In this document: positions 38,320 to 47,682 of the stretch, piece by piece
Numbering within the stretch: position 1 is the first letter of the stretch
How the letters are laid out: every line of letters begins with the position of its first letter
DNA from: Bacteroidales bacterium
GTDB taxonomy: Bacteria; Bacteroidota; Bacteroidia; Bacteroidales; UBA932
Assembly: GCA_024398095.1 (NCBI GenBank)
Contig: JAKSJK010000001.1
Span: forward strand, 8,848 to 72,847
Reading direction: 5' to 3'
DNA length: 64,000 bases
The notes under the pieces: generated by a model
Seen by the model: only the letters and a program-made list of their open reading frames with translations
Database searches by the model: none
Told to the model about the DNA's origin: nothing
Translations under genes and position numbers: made by a program

Positions 38320-41300
38320 TTAGAATTTGATTGAAACACCGCCGAGTACGGAGGTAGTGATAGGATATGCGCTGGTTCCCATCTCCGGATCCCAGCCCTT
38401 AGGGAAGGCGCTGAGGCAGAAGAGATCGTTTGCAGACACATATAATCTGAGTCTCTTCACACGGATCTTCGAGGTGAGTGTCTCAGGAAGGGTATAACCG
38501 AGAGTGATGTTCTTCAGACGGAAATATGCACCGTTGAACATCCAGAAGGTAGAAGTAGCGTAGTTATTGTCCTTGCCTACCTTGGTAAGCCTTGGGTAAC
38601 GTGCGGCCTCGTTCTGCTCAGGAGTGTTGAATACGCTCCAGTACTTGTCGTCGAGGATTGCAGGGATGTTGCCATAGTTGTCACGCAGCGGCTGTACGTA
38701 TGCTGCAGACAGGTAGGAATTCTGCTGGCCGATGCCCTGGAATACGAGGGAGAAGTCGAGACCTCTCCAGTCGCAGTTGAAGCGGCCGCCGAACTGGAAG
38801 CGTGGAAGGGAGTTGCCGAGAGGCACGCGGTCGTACTCTGCGGAGATCTTGCCGTCAGGAACGCCGTCCGGACCGGAGATATCCTTGTACTTGAGGTCAC
38901 CCACGGTCACTGAGTTGTTCAGACGGGCTGACTCGCTCACCTCGTCGAGAGTCTGGAATATACCCTCGCACACATAGCCGTACCATTCATTGAAATATCC
39001 GCCCTCGCGATGGATCTTGCCGCCGCTGATGATGTCAGCGTTGTTGATGCTGACGATCTTGGAACGGAAGTCGGAGAGGTTGGCGCTCACGCTGTAGGAG
39101 AAGTCACCCTTGCGGTCGCTCCAGCCGATCTCGAGGTCGAAACCGTTGGTAGCCATCTTACCGGCATTGGTCTTAGGATTTGCGTAACCCATGAGATAAG
39201 GGATCTCGATGGAGAGGAGCATGTCGTCAGTGGTCTTCCAATAGTAGTCGAAGTTGATGTTGAGCCTGCGGTTGAAGAAGCCCAGGTCGAGACCGAGGTC
39301 GGTGGAAGTAGTGGTCTCCCAGCTGATGTCCTCTACTGCTAGTGCCCTCTGGGCTGCAGTCTTGTCAGATACGGTCTCGCCGTCCTCATAGAAGAGGGAG
39401 TTGCCGAAGTTCATAAGGGCCATGAATGGGAAATAGTTGTCACCGATTCTCTCGTTTCCGAGCATACCCCATGAAGCACGTACCTTCATGAATGAGAGCA
39501 CTGGCTTCACAGACTGCATGAAGCTTTCCTCTGAAAGAACCCAGCCTGCAGAGAAAGAAGGGAAGGTACCCCATCTGTATTTCCTGGCGAAACGGGATGA
39601 ACCGTCGTGACGTACATTGGCCTGGAAGAGGTAGCGGCCTGCATAATCGTAGGCAACGCGGCCGAATACAGAGTTGGAAGTATAGGCGGAACCGCTTCCG
39701 GAGTTGGTCTGGAAGTCCTCAGGTCCGATGTTCAGGTAAGGGTAGCCCACAAGCTCATACTGGTCGCGTGCAGCGGACAGGGTCTCGCTCTTGAGCACAT
39801 AGTTCTCATAGCCGACCATGGCGCTGATGTTGTGGTTGCCGAAAGTACCGTTATAGTTGGCGAGGAGCTGGGAGGTGATGGTGTAGCTGTCATTGCGGTT
39901 TTCTGTGAGCTTGTTGGTTGCCCAGAGGCCGCTGCCGCTGTCGAAATAACCGCCTCTTACCTCAGGATCGTCGGCGAGGGTGTAGTAGCAGGCATTCTTG
40001 AACTGCTTTGACTTGGTGTAGTTGATGAAAGGAGAAACGATCGCGGAGATCTTGAGTCCCTTCACAGGAGTAAGGTCGATGGAAGCCTTGCCACCGAGCT
40101 GGGTGCTCCAGGAATAGGAAGTACCACCGAGATCCACGAGGGCGTAAGGGTTTGAACCGGACTTGCCATCTGCATAGCGACCGTCATCCCAGACTGCAGC
40201 ATAGACTGCAGGCATCTTACGCATTGTGTCCCATGGGTCGAAGATAGGGCTGGTGTTCTTTGCCCTGCGGATGTTCAGGTCGAGTGAAGCGTGGAGGAGG
40301 TCCTTGATGATAGTGAAGTCATTGTTGGTCCTGAGCATGAATCTCTGGTACTGGCGGTTGCCATAGAGACCATCCACGTCGTCGAAAGTCATGGACACCT
40401 TGCTGCGTACGCTCTTGTTGCCACCTGAAACTGAAAGGTTGTGGGAGTGGCGCAGAGCAGCATTCTTCATGATAAGTTCACGCCAGTTGGTGATAGGATA
40501 CTTGTTAGGATCCTCAGCATTGTACCTGATCCAGTTCTTAACCTGGTCAGCAGTGTAGAGCTGGAAGAAACCGGCAGCATTGTTGTCATTGTAGAGAAGC
40601 TCGTTGTTCATCTCGAGAAAGCGGGTCACACCGACCATCTCAGGCTGCATGGTAGGGATTTCAGCGCCGACCTCACCGCTGTAGGTGAGTGAAAGGTCGG
40701 TTGCCTCGCCACGCTTGGTAGTGATGAGGATGACGCCGGCAGCTGCCTTCGAACCGTAGATGGAAGCGGCGGAAGCATCCTTGAGGACTGAGACGCTCTG
40801 CACATCGTTGGAGTTGACATAGTCGATGTCGCTGCACTGCACACCGTCCACGATGATGAGAGGGTTGGAATTGTCCATGGTGGTGATACCTCTGACACGG
40901 ATGCTGCTGGCTGCTGCGCCAGGTGCATTACCGTTTCTCTGTACCAGCACACCTGACATGGTACCCTGGAGAGCGGTCGAAAGGGTCGCGGTCTTCTTTG
41001 CGGAAAGCTCATCTCCACGGATTGCGGAAACCGCACCGGTGAGGTCCTTCTTCTTGACTGTACCGTAACCGATTACGACAGTCTCTTCGAGCACATTGTC
41101 GTTCTCGAGAGAAATTGAGATGTTCTGACGGCCAGCAACGACTGCCTCAGCAGTCTTGTAGCCGATGAAGGAGATTTCCAGGACCGCGTCGTCAGGGACA
41201 GAGATCGTGTACTGACCGTCTACGTCAGTAACAGTTCCCTGGGCAGTGCCCTTGATGAGCACACCGGCGCCGATCAATGGTTCGCCATTCTCGTCAGTAA

Positions 41301-41412
41301 CCACGCCCGACACCTTGTTCTGTGCAAAGGCAGGAGTACCGGCAAGAAAGACAGAGCAGATGACAGCCAGAAGGGCCGACATCAGCTTGGATTCTTTGCG
41401 TTTCATTGTCAT
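38320..41412 (-). CDS. susC: SusC/RagA TonB-dependent transporter
   Basis: VVIGYGTVKKKDLTGAVS, LKDASAASIYGSKAAAGVILITTKRG, terminal Phe. Confidence 0.96.
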   Translation of the reverse strand: MTMKRKESKLMSALLAVICSVFLAGTPAFAQNKVSGVVTDENGEPLIGAGVLIKGTAQGTVTDVDGQYTISVPDDAVLEISFIGYKTAEAVVAGRQNISISLENDNVLEETVVIGYGTVKKKDLTGAVSAIRGDELSAKKTATLSTALQGTMSGVLVQRNGNAPGAAASSIRVRGITTMDNSNPLIIVDGVQCSDIDYVNSNDVQSVSVLKDASAASIYGSKAAAGVILITTKRGEATDLSLTYSGEVGAEIPTMQPEMVGVTRFLEMNNELLYNDNNAAGFFQLYTADQVKNWIRYNAEDPNKYPITNWRELIMKNAALRHSHNLSVSGGNKSVRSKVSMTFDDVDGLYGNRQYQRFMLRTNNDFTIIKDLLHASLDLNIRRAKNTSPIFDPWDTMRKMPAVYAAVWDDGRYADGKSGSNPYALVDLGGTSYSWSTQLGGKASIDLTPVKGLKISAIVSPFINYTKSKQFKNACYYTLADDPEVRGGYFDSGSGLWATNKLTENRNDSYTITSQLLANYNGTFGNHNISAMVGYENYVLKSETLSAARDQYELVGYPYLNIGPEDFQTNSGSGSAYTSNSVFGRVAYDYAGRYLFQANVRHDGSSRFARKYRWGTFPSFSAGWVLSEESFMQSVKPVLSFMKVRASWGMLGNERIGDNYFPFMALMNFGNSLFYEDGETVSDKTAAQRALAVEDISWETTTSTDLGLDLGFFNRRLNINFDYYWKTTDDMLLSIEIPYLMGYANPKTNAGKMATNGFDLEIGWSDRKGDFSYSVSANLSDFRSKIVSINNADIISGGKIHREGGYFNEWYGYVCEGIFQTLDEVSESARLNNSVTVGDLKYKDISGPDGVPDGKISAEYDRVPLGNSLPRFQFGGRFNCDWRGLDFSLVFQGIGQQNSYLSAAYVQPLRDNYGNIPAILDDKYWSVFNTPEQNEAARYPRLTKVGKDNNYATSTFWMFNGAYFRLKNITLGYTLPETLTSKIRVKRLRLYVSANDLFCLSAFPKGWDPEMGTSAYPITTSVLGGVSIKF

Positions 41413-41452
41413 TGATTTTTATATGTGAATTAGTTAGTGTTATCGAGGTGTG

Positions 41453-41460
41453 CAAATGTA
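41453..41460 (-). promoter_or_regulatory. -7 element (TACATTTG) for the susC(41412) operon
   Basis: TAnnTTTG 40 bp upstream of the ATG. Confidence 0.65.
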
Positions 41461-41480
41461 CCTATATATAAATGCAGGCA

Positions 41481-41518
41481 TGGGTATATTTTGTACGGAA
41501 ATGGTTCAAGTTTGTACG
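41481..41518. promoter_or_regulatory. Candidate HTCS activator site: 17-bp direct repeats with 21-bp period
   Basis: TGGGTATATTTTGTACG (41481) and TGGTTCAAGTTTGTACG (41502), 13/17 identical; a near-copy occurs at 55987. Confidence 0.6.
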
Positions 41519-41538
41519 TACACAATTTCAATATGGAC

Positions 41539-41570
41539 AAAATAAGGCGGCATCCGGAAATGCCGCCTTA
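41539..41570 (-). terminator. Rho-independent terminator after the 41594 gene
   Basis: Perfect 11-bp stem TAAGGCGGCAT/ATGCCGCCTTA with a 6-nt loop, followed by a T run on the minus strand. Confidence 0.8.
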
Positions 41571-41593
41571 AGGATTCATGGAAGTCAATTTCT

Positions 41594-43147
41594 TTACTGT
41601 ATCGTCACATCTGTAAGCTTAAGCCAGTTTCCCTCGGTATATTCACCCTTTGCAGCGATATATATACCGATCTTCTTGTCCTCGCTATGATCGTCGACAA
41701 TGCCGATGGCCCAGGTATATTTTCCTGGAGAAATGCCATCCAACCTGAACTTGAAATCATAGGTCACCGGCTTGCTCTTGAACCAGTCGCAAGGCGCCGC
41801 CTTCTCATCGTAAAAGATTTTGACAGGCTTGCCGTTGGCGGTATTCACAAGCGCGAATGCAACCTTGTATTTTCCCTCGAACTGAGGGATGTTGGTCGGA
41901 CAGTAAGCCTGTCCAAGGTTGATCCACTTGTGCATGACGGTCACCTCGGAGCCGGCTTTGGCTGTTTCCGGGACGATGACCTTTTGAGGATATAGACGGT
42001 AGGTTCCCTCTGCGATGAATTTCTTCACAAGGTCGAAGGCATCATTGAACCAGGACGCGGTCTCATCTCCGACACGGAAATCCAGCATGTTTGCACTGCA
42101 GGCGATGGCGTCTTTGTACTCTCCCTGACGTACGTCTTCAGGATGGCCCTTGCGGTAGCCGTCGGTATCGTTCCAGTAACTGTGCTGACCTACGATCCAT
42201 CCACCTTCTGCTACGATAGGTCTCTTGTATTTATACTTGATCGAAATGCCTTTCTCCCATTCCCCGAAATACGGATGCATGCCGAAAGCACCCGAGCCGA
42301 TGGACATACCCTTCTTTACACAGAGGTCCACGTAGCCTTCTGAGAGAGGGTCAGCGGATCCTTCCTGTTTCATGGAACCGATCAGGCGGTGGTAATTGAT
42401 AAAGGTAGGGATCTTGGTGAACACCCTGGTAAAGGCTCCGGACACCCAATCGATCACAGGTCCGCGCGGAGTCTCGTCACCTGTGGAGTAGATGCAGTTA
42501 TGGTACTCTCCCCACTTGCCTATACCCACACCATGAACAAATTCGTAATGGTCTGGGTCATTGATCTCTGCGGCGAAATCCTCTAGGAACTTCTCGTAGC
42601 ATTTCTGGAAAATAGGATCGTCAGGGTAAGGACTCCAGCCTTTCCCGTTTCTGGTCACATAGCCCTGGGCACCCTTCTCCTTGACATACGGAGGAGTAAA
42701 GAAAGTGCTCTTGTCACGGTCATCGATACCGTAACCAAAGCCTATCCTCATGCCACGCGCCTTCGCCTCCTTGACAAGCCAGCGATAATACTGAGCCTCA
42801 GGAGTGTTGCAGGACTCCTGCCAAGCATATACACCCTCAGCGGGATTCAACGCATACCAGGAAGTACGCACGAGTATGGTGGTAGAATAATCCACCACGT
42901 TTACCTTGCCCTCCGAAGAAGAGTAATTCTCATAACGGGTAAAGAAATTGTAATCCAGGTTTCCGATTCCGTTGTAGAGCACCCAGCCACAAAGAGGATT
43001 GCGCAATGTGGTCGTCCTGTCAGGAGAGAAGGTGATTTCCTTGCCCTCAACAGTCGTAGAACCAGGATTCACATCGGGACCTACCTTGCCGCAGGATACG
43101 AGCACCATGCCGGCGACAGCAACAGAGGTGTAGAAAACTTTCTTCAT
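41594..43147 (-). CDS. DUF4832-like putative glycoside hydrolase lipoprotein (paralog B)
   Basis: Lipobox LVSC; NPLCGW, PYPDDPIFQ, GKWGEYH, AEGGW, DFRVGDET, YRLYP. Confidence 0.8.
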   Translation of the reverse strand: MKKVFYTSVAVAGMVLVSCGKVGPDVNPGSTTVEGKEITFSPDRTTTLRNPLCGWVLYNGIGNLDYNFFTRYENYSSSEGKVNVVDYSTTILVRTSWYALNPAEGVYAWQESCNTPEAQYYRWLVKEAKARGMRIGFGYGIDDRDKSTFFTPPYVKEKGAQGYVTRNGKGWSPYPDDPIFQKCYEKFLEDFAAEINDPDHYEFVHGVGIGKWGEYHNCIYSTGDETPRGPVIDWVSGAFTRVFTKIPTFINYHRLIGSMKQEGSADPLSEGYVDLCVKKGMSIGSGAFGMHPYFGEWEKGISIKYKYKRPIVAEGGWIVGQHSYWNDTDGYRKGHPEDVRQGEYKDAIACSANMLDFRVGDETASWFNDAFDLVKKFIAEGTYRLYPQKVIVPETAKAGSEVTVMHKWINLGQAYCPTNIPQFEGKYKVAFALVNTANGKPVKIFYDEKAAPCDWFKSKPVTYDFKFRLDGISPGKYTWAIGIVDDHSEDKKIGIYIAAKGEYTEGNWLKLTDVTIQ

Positions 43148-43151
43148 ATGT

Positions 43152-44711
43152 TTATTTGATTGTTACGCTCTTGATCTTAAGCCAGTTGTCTTTTGAGAAA
43201 TTGGCATTGACGGCGAGTCCGATGGCCGGAGTATTCCCATCAGTAGTGTCTACGATGGCAATAGCCCAGGTGTAGTTACCAGCAGGAACGTCTGCAGTGA
43301 CTTTTGTCTTGTAGGTATTGGCATTGCCATCCACCCATCCGGAAGGTTCGCAGTCCTTGTCAACCACCAGGAGAGCGACCTCTTCTTTCGGATCAAGCAG
43401 GGCCACGGCCACCTTGTAACGATAGTTCCACTGAGGAATATTGTTCGGAAAGTAGCCCCAGCCCATATTACGCCAGCGGTGCTGGATTGTGCAGCTTGCC
43501 CCCGATTTCAGTTCCTCGGGAACGTAGAACTGATCCGGATAGAGTCTGTAGCCTCCTTCAGCCACGAATTTCTTCACCAGTTCGTATGAGTCGCGGAACC
43601 AGGACTCGGTCTCATCCCCTACACGGAAGTCCATCATATTGACCTTGGCGAGTTTACATTCGTCGTATTCGCCTTGACGTACATCTTCAGGGTGGCCTTC
43701 GCGATATTTGCCGGAGCCGTCAATCCAGTACCTGTGCTGATTGACAATCCAGCCGCCCTCCATGACTATCGGGCGTTTGAATCTCCAGGTGGCAGCATAT
43801 CCACGCTCCCAGGACTTGTAATAGTCGGTCATACCGAAAGCGTCCTGCCTGAGGCTATAGCCCTTGCTCATACATAGATTCAGGAGTTTCTCTGTATTTT
43901 CATTCACATTTCCGTCGCTGGTAGGATGACCGATGACGCGATGATAGTTGATCAGGAGCGGAATCTTAGTGAAGTTCTTGGAGTACACATCCGTGATCCA
44001 GTCCATGACCTGATACTTCAATTCCTCGGTCTTGGAGGTGATGGCATTATTGTCTTCGTAGCAGACATTATGTCCCTCGCCCCATTTTCCGAGACCGTAA
44101 GCATCGATGAAGGCACATTTCTTCGGGTCGTTGAAATCCTTTGCGAGTTCCTCTATCAAGGTCTCATAGTGCTTCTGGAACACAGGATCCTGGGGATAGG
44201 GGGTGATGCGGTCGGGATACTTGGCATTCTCCAGCCAGTACTTCGCACCGTCGTCAATCACGAACTGAGGAGTGTTCTGACGCTGGTCACGGCCGTCCAC
44301 GACGATGCGGAAAGCGATAGGCTTGCCTCTTTCGAGGGCACCGTTGATCATCTTGCCGAGAGTGCTGTTCTTGTCCCTCCAGGAATAGACGCCCCTGGAC
44401 GGATTGAAATTGGTCCAGTTGGTACGGATGTAACATGCAGAAGCATAGTCCTTCACATACACATCACTTCCCTCCTCTGAGATATGCATCTTCTTATCCC
44501 AGTAAGACGGATCCCCGTTACCGCTGCCGTACATCACCCAGCCGTTGAGCGGGTTGTGCAGGACCTTCGACCTGTTGAGGGTAAAAGTCACTTTCGTACC
44601 CTCAGGCGTAGAGCCACCACCCTGCTCCGGTTTCTCGCAGGAATTGAAAACGACCAATGGGCACACCATGAAAAGTGCGCCCAAAAGTCTTGAAAAATAT
44701 CTTAATAACAT
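43152..44711 (-). CDS. DUF4832-like putative glycoside hydrolase lipoprotein (paralog C)
   Basis: Lipobox FNSC; NPLNGW, FRIVVDGRD, GKWGEGH, LRQDAFGM, MEGGW, YRLYP. Confidence 0.8.
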   Translation of the reverse strand: MLLRYFSRLLGALFMVCPLVVFNSCEKPEQGGGSTPEGTKVTFTLNRSKVLHNPLNGWVMYGSGNGDPSYWDKKMHISEEGSDVYVKDYASACYIRTNWTNFNPSRGVYSWRDKNSTLGKMINGALERGKPIAFRIVVDGRDQRQNTPQFVIDDGAKYWLENAKYPDRITPYPQDPVFQKHYETLIEELAKDFNDPKKCAFIDAYGLGKWGEGHNVCYEDNNAITSKTEELKYQVMDWITDVYSKNFTKIPLLINYHRVIGHPTSDGNVNENTEKLLNLCMSKGYSLRQDAFGMTDYYKSWERGYAATWRFKRPIVMEGGWIVNQHRYWIDGSGKYREGHPEDVRQGEYDECKLAKVNMMDFRVGDETESWFRDSYELVKKFVAEGGYRLYPDQFYVPEELKSGASCTIQHRWRNMGWGYFPNNIPQWNYRYKVAVALLDPKEEVALLVVDKDCEPSGWVDGNANTYKTKVTADVPAGNYTWAIAIVDTTDGNTPAIGLAVNANFSKDNWLKIKSVTIK

Positions 44712-44717
44712 AGAGTT

Positions 44718-46001
44718 TTATCTCATTTCATACTGCCAGGTCATCTCGCGAAGGTTGAAGATCATGAAGGTGATACCAGCAGGAATCTTGAAGTAACCTC
44801 CACGTTCTGCACCTGAGCCACCCTGCAGAGGGTAAGCAGTCTTCTCCTGGAGGCCACCGAGGTTCCAGTCGCTGCCGGATGGCTCGGAGATTTCCTTCAG
44901 AGGGGCAAACACATAGGCATTGTTGACATTGCCGGCAAAAACAGTTCCATCCGGCTTGATTGCCTCGTAAGTGCTGACAGTTGAGAAGTCAGTTCTACCG
45001 CTCTTGAGCTTAGCGCCGGAGTACACCAGGATCTGAGGGTCAGCAGGGCTGACAATAAGATTGAGATTCTTTCCGCCGGAAGCCCAGTCTGCAGACTCAC
45101 CACGCAGCCAGAGGTTGGTTACGGCAAATGACTTCACCTGACCGTTTTCAGGCTTGTTGGCAGCATACCAGTCACCAGTCATGAAAGGCTTGAGATCATG
45201 GGCGGATGAGTACATTGCAGCAGTAGCATTGTCCATGTTTACAACCAGACGGTAATTGTCCGTAGCAGGGATGTTCCACTCGAAAGGTTCGTCAAGCATG
45301 AGAATCTCGAACTTGGTGCTGTCACGGAAGTCCTTGACATCATCCTTAGGAGCGAGATAGTAAGTCTTGCCGTCATAGACAACAGGCATTTCCAGCTGAC
45401 CTGACTTCAATTCACCTGACCATGCGAATATCTTCGGGTTCTCAGGGCACTTAACCAGATTTGCGTCATCAGAGATAACAGAACCGGAAACGAGGACCTC
45501 GTCTGCATTGAACACGATAACCTTGATAGGGGTCACATGGACGGTAACAGTCTTGACCTCAGGCATCTCGAAAGTGCTGCCACCGGCCCAGGAAGCGATA
45601 ACGCGGAACTCAAGGAAGAATTCCTGGTTCACAGGCATCTCCCATCTTTCATTCGCCCACTCATTGATCTGGGCAAGAGTGAAAGAAACGCTGGTTTCAC
45701 CAACCTCATACTCTTTTACAATGGCAGTCTTAGAACCGAAATTGTTGCCGAGGACATCGAGTTTGGCAGTGTAGGTAAGGTAGTAATCATCCGGCATCTG
45801 GCGAGCCTCTGTCCACTCGAAAGTGATCTTCTGGGATGCCATGGTTTCTTCCAGGATGACAATTGCATCTGAAGATGCGGTCAGCACCATATCCTCCTGC
45901 ACGGCAGGAATATCATGCTTGATCGGATCCCATGCGCAGGAAACTGTCAGAATTGCAGCAACTGCGAGAGGAAGTTGTCTGAATATAGTCTTCATTGTCA
46001 T
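44718..46001 (-). CDS. SusE-like surface glycan-binding lipoprotein
   Basis: Lipobox TVSC; ITFEWTEA Ig-like domain; similar to the 34957..36564 protein; directly after SusD. Confidence 0.8.
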   Translation of the reverse strand: MTMKTIFRQLPLAVAAILTVSCAWDPIKHDIPAVQEDMVLTASSDAIVILEETMASQKITFEWTEARQMPDDYYLTYTAKLDVLGNNFGSKTAIVKEYEVGETSVSFTLAQINEWANERWEMPVNQEFFLEFRVIASWAGGSTFEMPEVKTVTVHVTPIKVIVFNADEVLVSGSVISDDANLVKCPENPKIFAWSGELKSGQLEMPVVYDGKTYYLAPKDDVKDFRDSTKFEILMLDEPFEWNIPATDNYRLVVNMDNATAAMYSSAHDLKPFMTGDWYAANKPENGQVKSFAVTNLWLRGESADWASGGKNLNLIVSPADPQILVYSGAKLKSGRTDFSTVSTYEAIKPDGTVFAGNVNNAYVFAPLKEISEPSGSDWNLGGLQEKTAYPLQGGSGAERGGYFKIPAGITFMIFNLREMTWQYEMR

Positions 46002-46014
46002 ATTCTCCTATAAA

Positions 46015-47670
46015 TTAATTGGTATAACCAGGGTTCTGAGGGAACTCGACCTCCCTATTGGCATCGATGATGTCCTGAGGAACAGGCCAGAGAGCGTGGA
46101 ATGCCTGGACCTTGTCGCCGATTTCCTGGTTGTATTTCTGGACACGCTCCAGGTATTTGCCGGTACGCACGAGAGTGAACTTTCTGCTCTCCTCTCCCAC
46201 AAGTTCACGGATACGCTCGTTGAGGAGTTCATCCATGGTAACCTGTTCCGGTTCGAGGTTCGGAGCCTTGGCTCTCTTGCGGACCACATTCATCGCTTCT
46301 GCAGCCTTAGCTTTCTCGCCCATTCCGATGTAGGCCTCAGCAAGCTGCAGATAGGTCTCTGCAAGACGACACTTCATACGATCCTTGTATGAACCGGTCA
46401 GCGAGAGATTGTCTGACTTGCCGAAGAAGAACTTGGTGATGGCAGGGAAAAGCTGGCCTGACTTCCAGGTGTCGTCGGTGATGTTGCACTTCTTGCCAAG
46501 GGAGGCAGGAACGAGAGGATTGTTGTAGTACCAGTTCCTCTTCAGGCTGTAGTTGCTGTTACGGATGTCATTGTCAGTGAAGATACCGTTTTCAGCCTCG
46601 CCTGCGATCTGGGTAGCATTGGTATTCTTGACACCGACCCACCACTTCATAGGAGAAATCTGTGCGAGACCACGTCCGCCGAGAGTGTCGGCAAGCGCAA
46701 AGCCGTTGATGTTGAAGTACTGAGGATTCCATGCACGACGGGTCCAGTCATCGGAGTTTGTACCACCACCCACGGTCTGGTACTCGAACTGCATTACCCA
46801 GATGCTCTCCTTGTTGCCGGAAGCACGGTTCTGGTTGTTCTCGAGGAACATATCGGAGAATGGAGTTCCAGGCTCCTTGGCACCTGCGCCGAAACGCTCG
46901 GTATTGAGAGAGAAATACTTGCTGTCGATGATAGCCTGAGCAGCCTTTGCAGCCTCGGAATAGTTCTTCTGGAGGTTGTACATCTCTGCGAGATAGTGAT
47001 ATGCTGCCCACTTGGTGAGTTCACCAGGTTTCACAGAATCAGGATCTGACGGAAGATTCTCGGAAGCGAACTTGAAGTCGTCGATGATGTGCTGGAGCAC
47101 CTCCTCCATAGGGGTCCTGGAGAATGAAAGCTTGAAAGGTCTTTCAATCTTCTCAACCCATGGAACGTCGCCATATAGATAGATGAGTGTACGATAGCCG
47201 TACGCACGGAAGAAACGGGCGATGGACTGGAATTTGGGTTTGTCAGTCGGACGGTCCCAGTTCTCATTCTCCTCAGCGAAGGTCAGCATCTCATTTGCAG
47301 AAGAAATGAGGTTGTATGCCCAGTTCCAATATGACTTGACGAAAAGGGTCGCAGAAGTGAGGGTGAGATTTGCAAAAGGAGTAAGGGAACCGTCTTTTGC
47401 GCCATTCTGGTCGCAGATGTCGGTTGCAATCTGAAGTGCTTCATAGGCACATGCTCCATTGTGCATGTAGGCACCATTCTCACCCCAGGTGTTGTATTCG
47501 GAACGCGCGATGGCATAGAGACCGTTGGCTCCGGTCTCGAAGCCCAGTGAACTGGTGAAGGTGTTCTCTGGCGCGAGTTCGCTCTTCAGGTCCTCTACGA
47601 GGAAATCGCAGCTCATTACCGATGCTGCAGCGAGGACGAACAGACTTGCTTTGAATATATTGAGTTTCAT
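46015..47670 (-). CDS. susD: RagB/SusD family lipoprotein
   Basis: Start at MKLNIF; lipobox VMSC; ARFFRAY, LYGDVP, RLAETYL, ERIRELVGE, QNPGY. Confidence 0.95.
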   Translation of the reverse strand: MKLNIFKASLFVLAAASVMSCDFLVEDLKSELAPENTFTSSLGFETGANGLYAIARSEYNTWGENGAYMHNGACAYEALQIATDICDQNGAKDGSLTPFANLTLTSATLFVKSYWNWAYNLISSANEMLTFAEENENWDRPTDKPKFQSIARFFRAYGYRTLIYLYGDVPWVEKIERPFKLSFSRTPMEEVLQHIIDDFKFASENLPSDPDSVKPGELTKWAAYHYLAEMYNLQKNYSEAAKAAQAIIDSKYFSLNTERFGAGAKEPGTPFSDMFLENNQNRASGNKESIWVMQFEYQTVGGGTNSDDWTRRAWNPQYFNINGFALADTLGGRGLAQISPMKWWVGVKNTNATQIAGEAENGIFTDNDIRNSNYSLKRNWYYNNPLVPASLGKKCNITDDTWKSGQLFPAITKFFFGKSDNLSLTGSYKDRMKCRLAETYLQLAEAYIGMGEKAKAAEAMNVVRKRAKAPNLEPEQVTMDELLNERIRELVGEESRKFTLVRTGKYLERVQKYNQEIGDKVQAFHALWPVPQDIIDANREVEFPQNPGYTN

Positions 47671-47682
47671 TTTGTTCACTGA

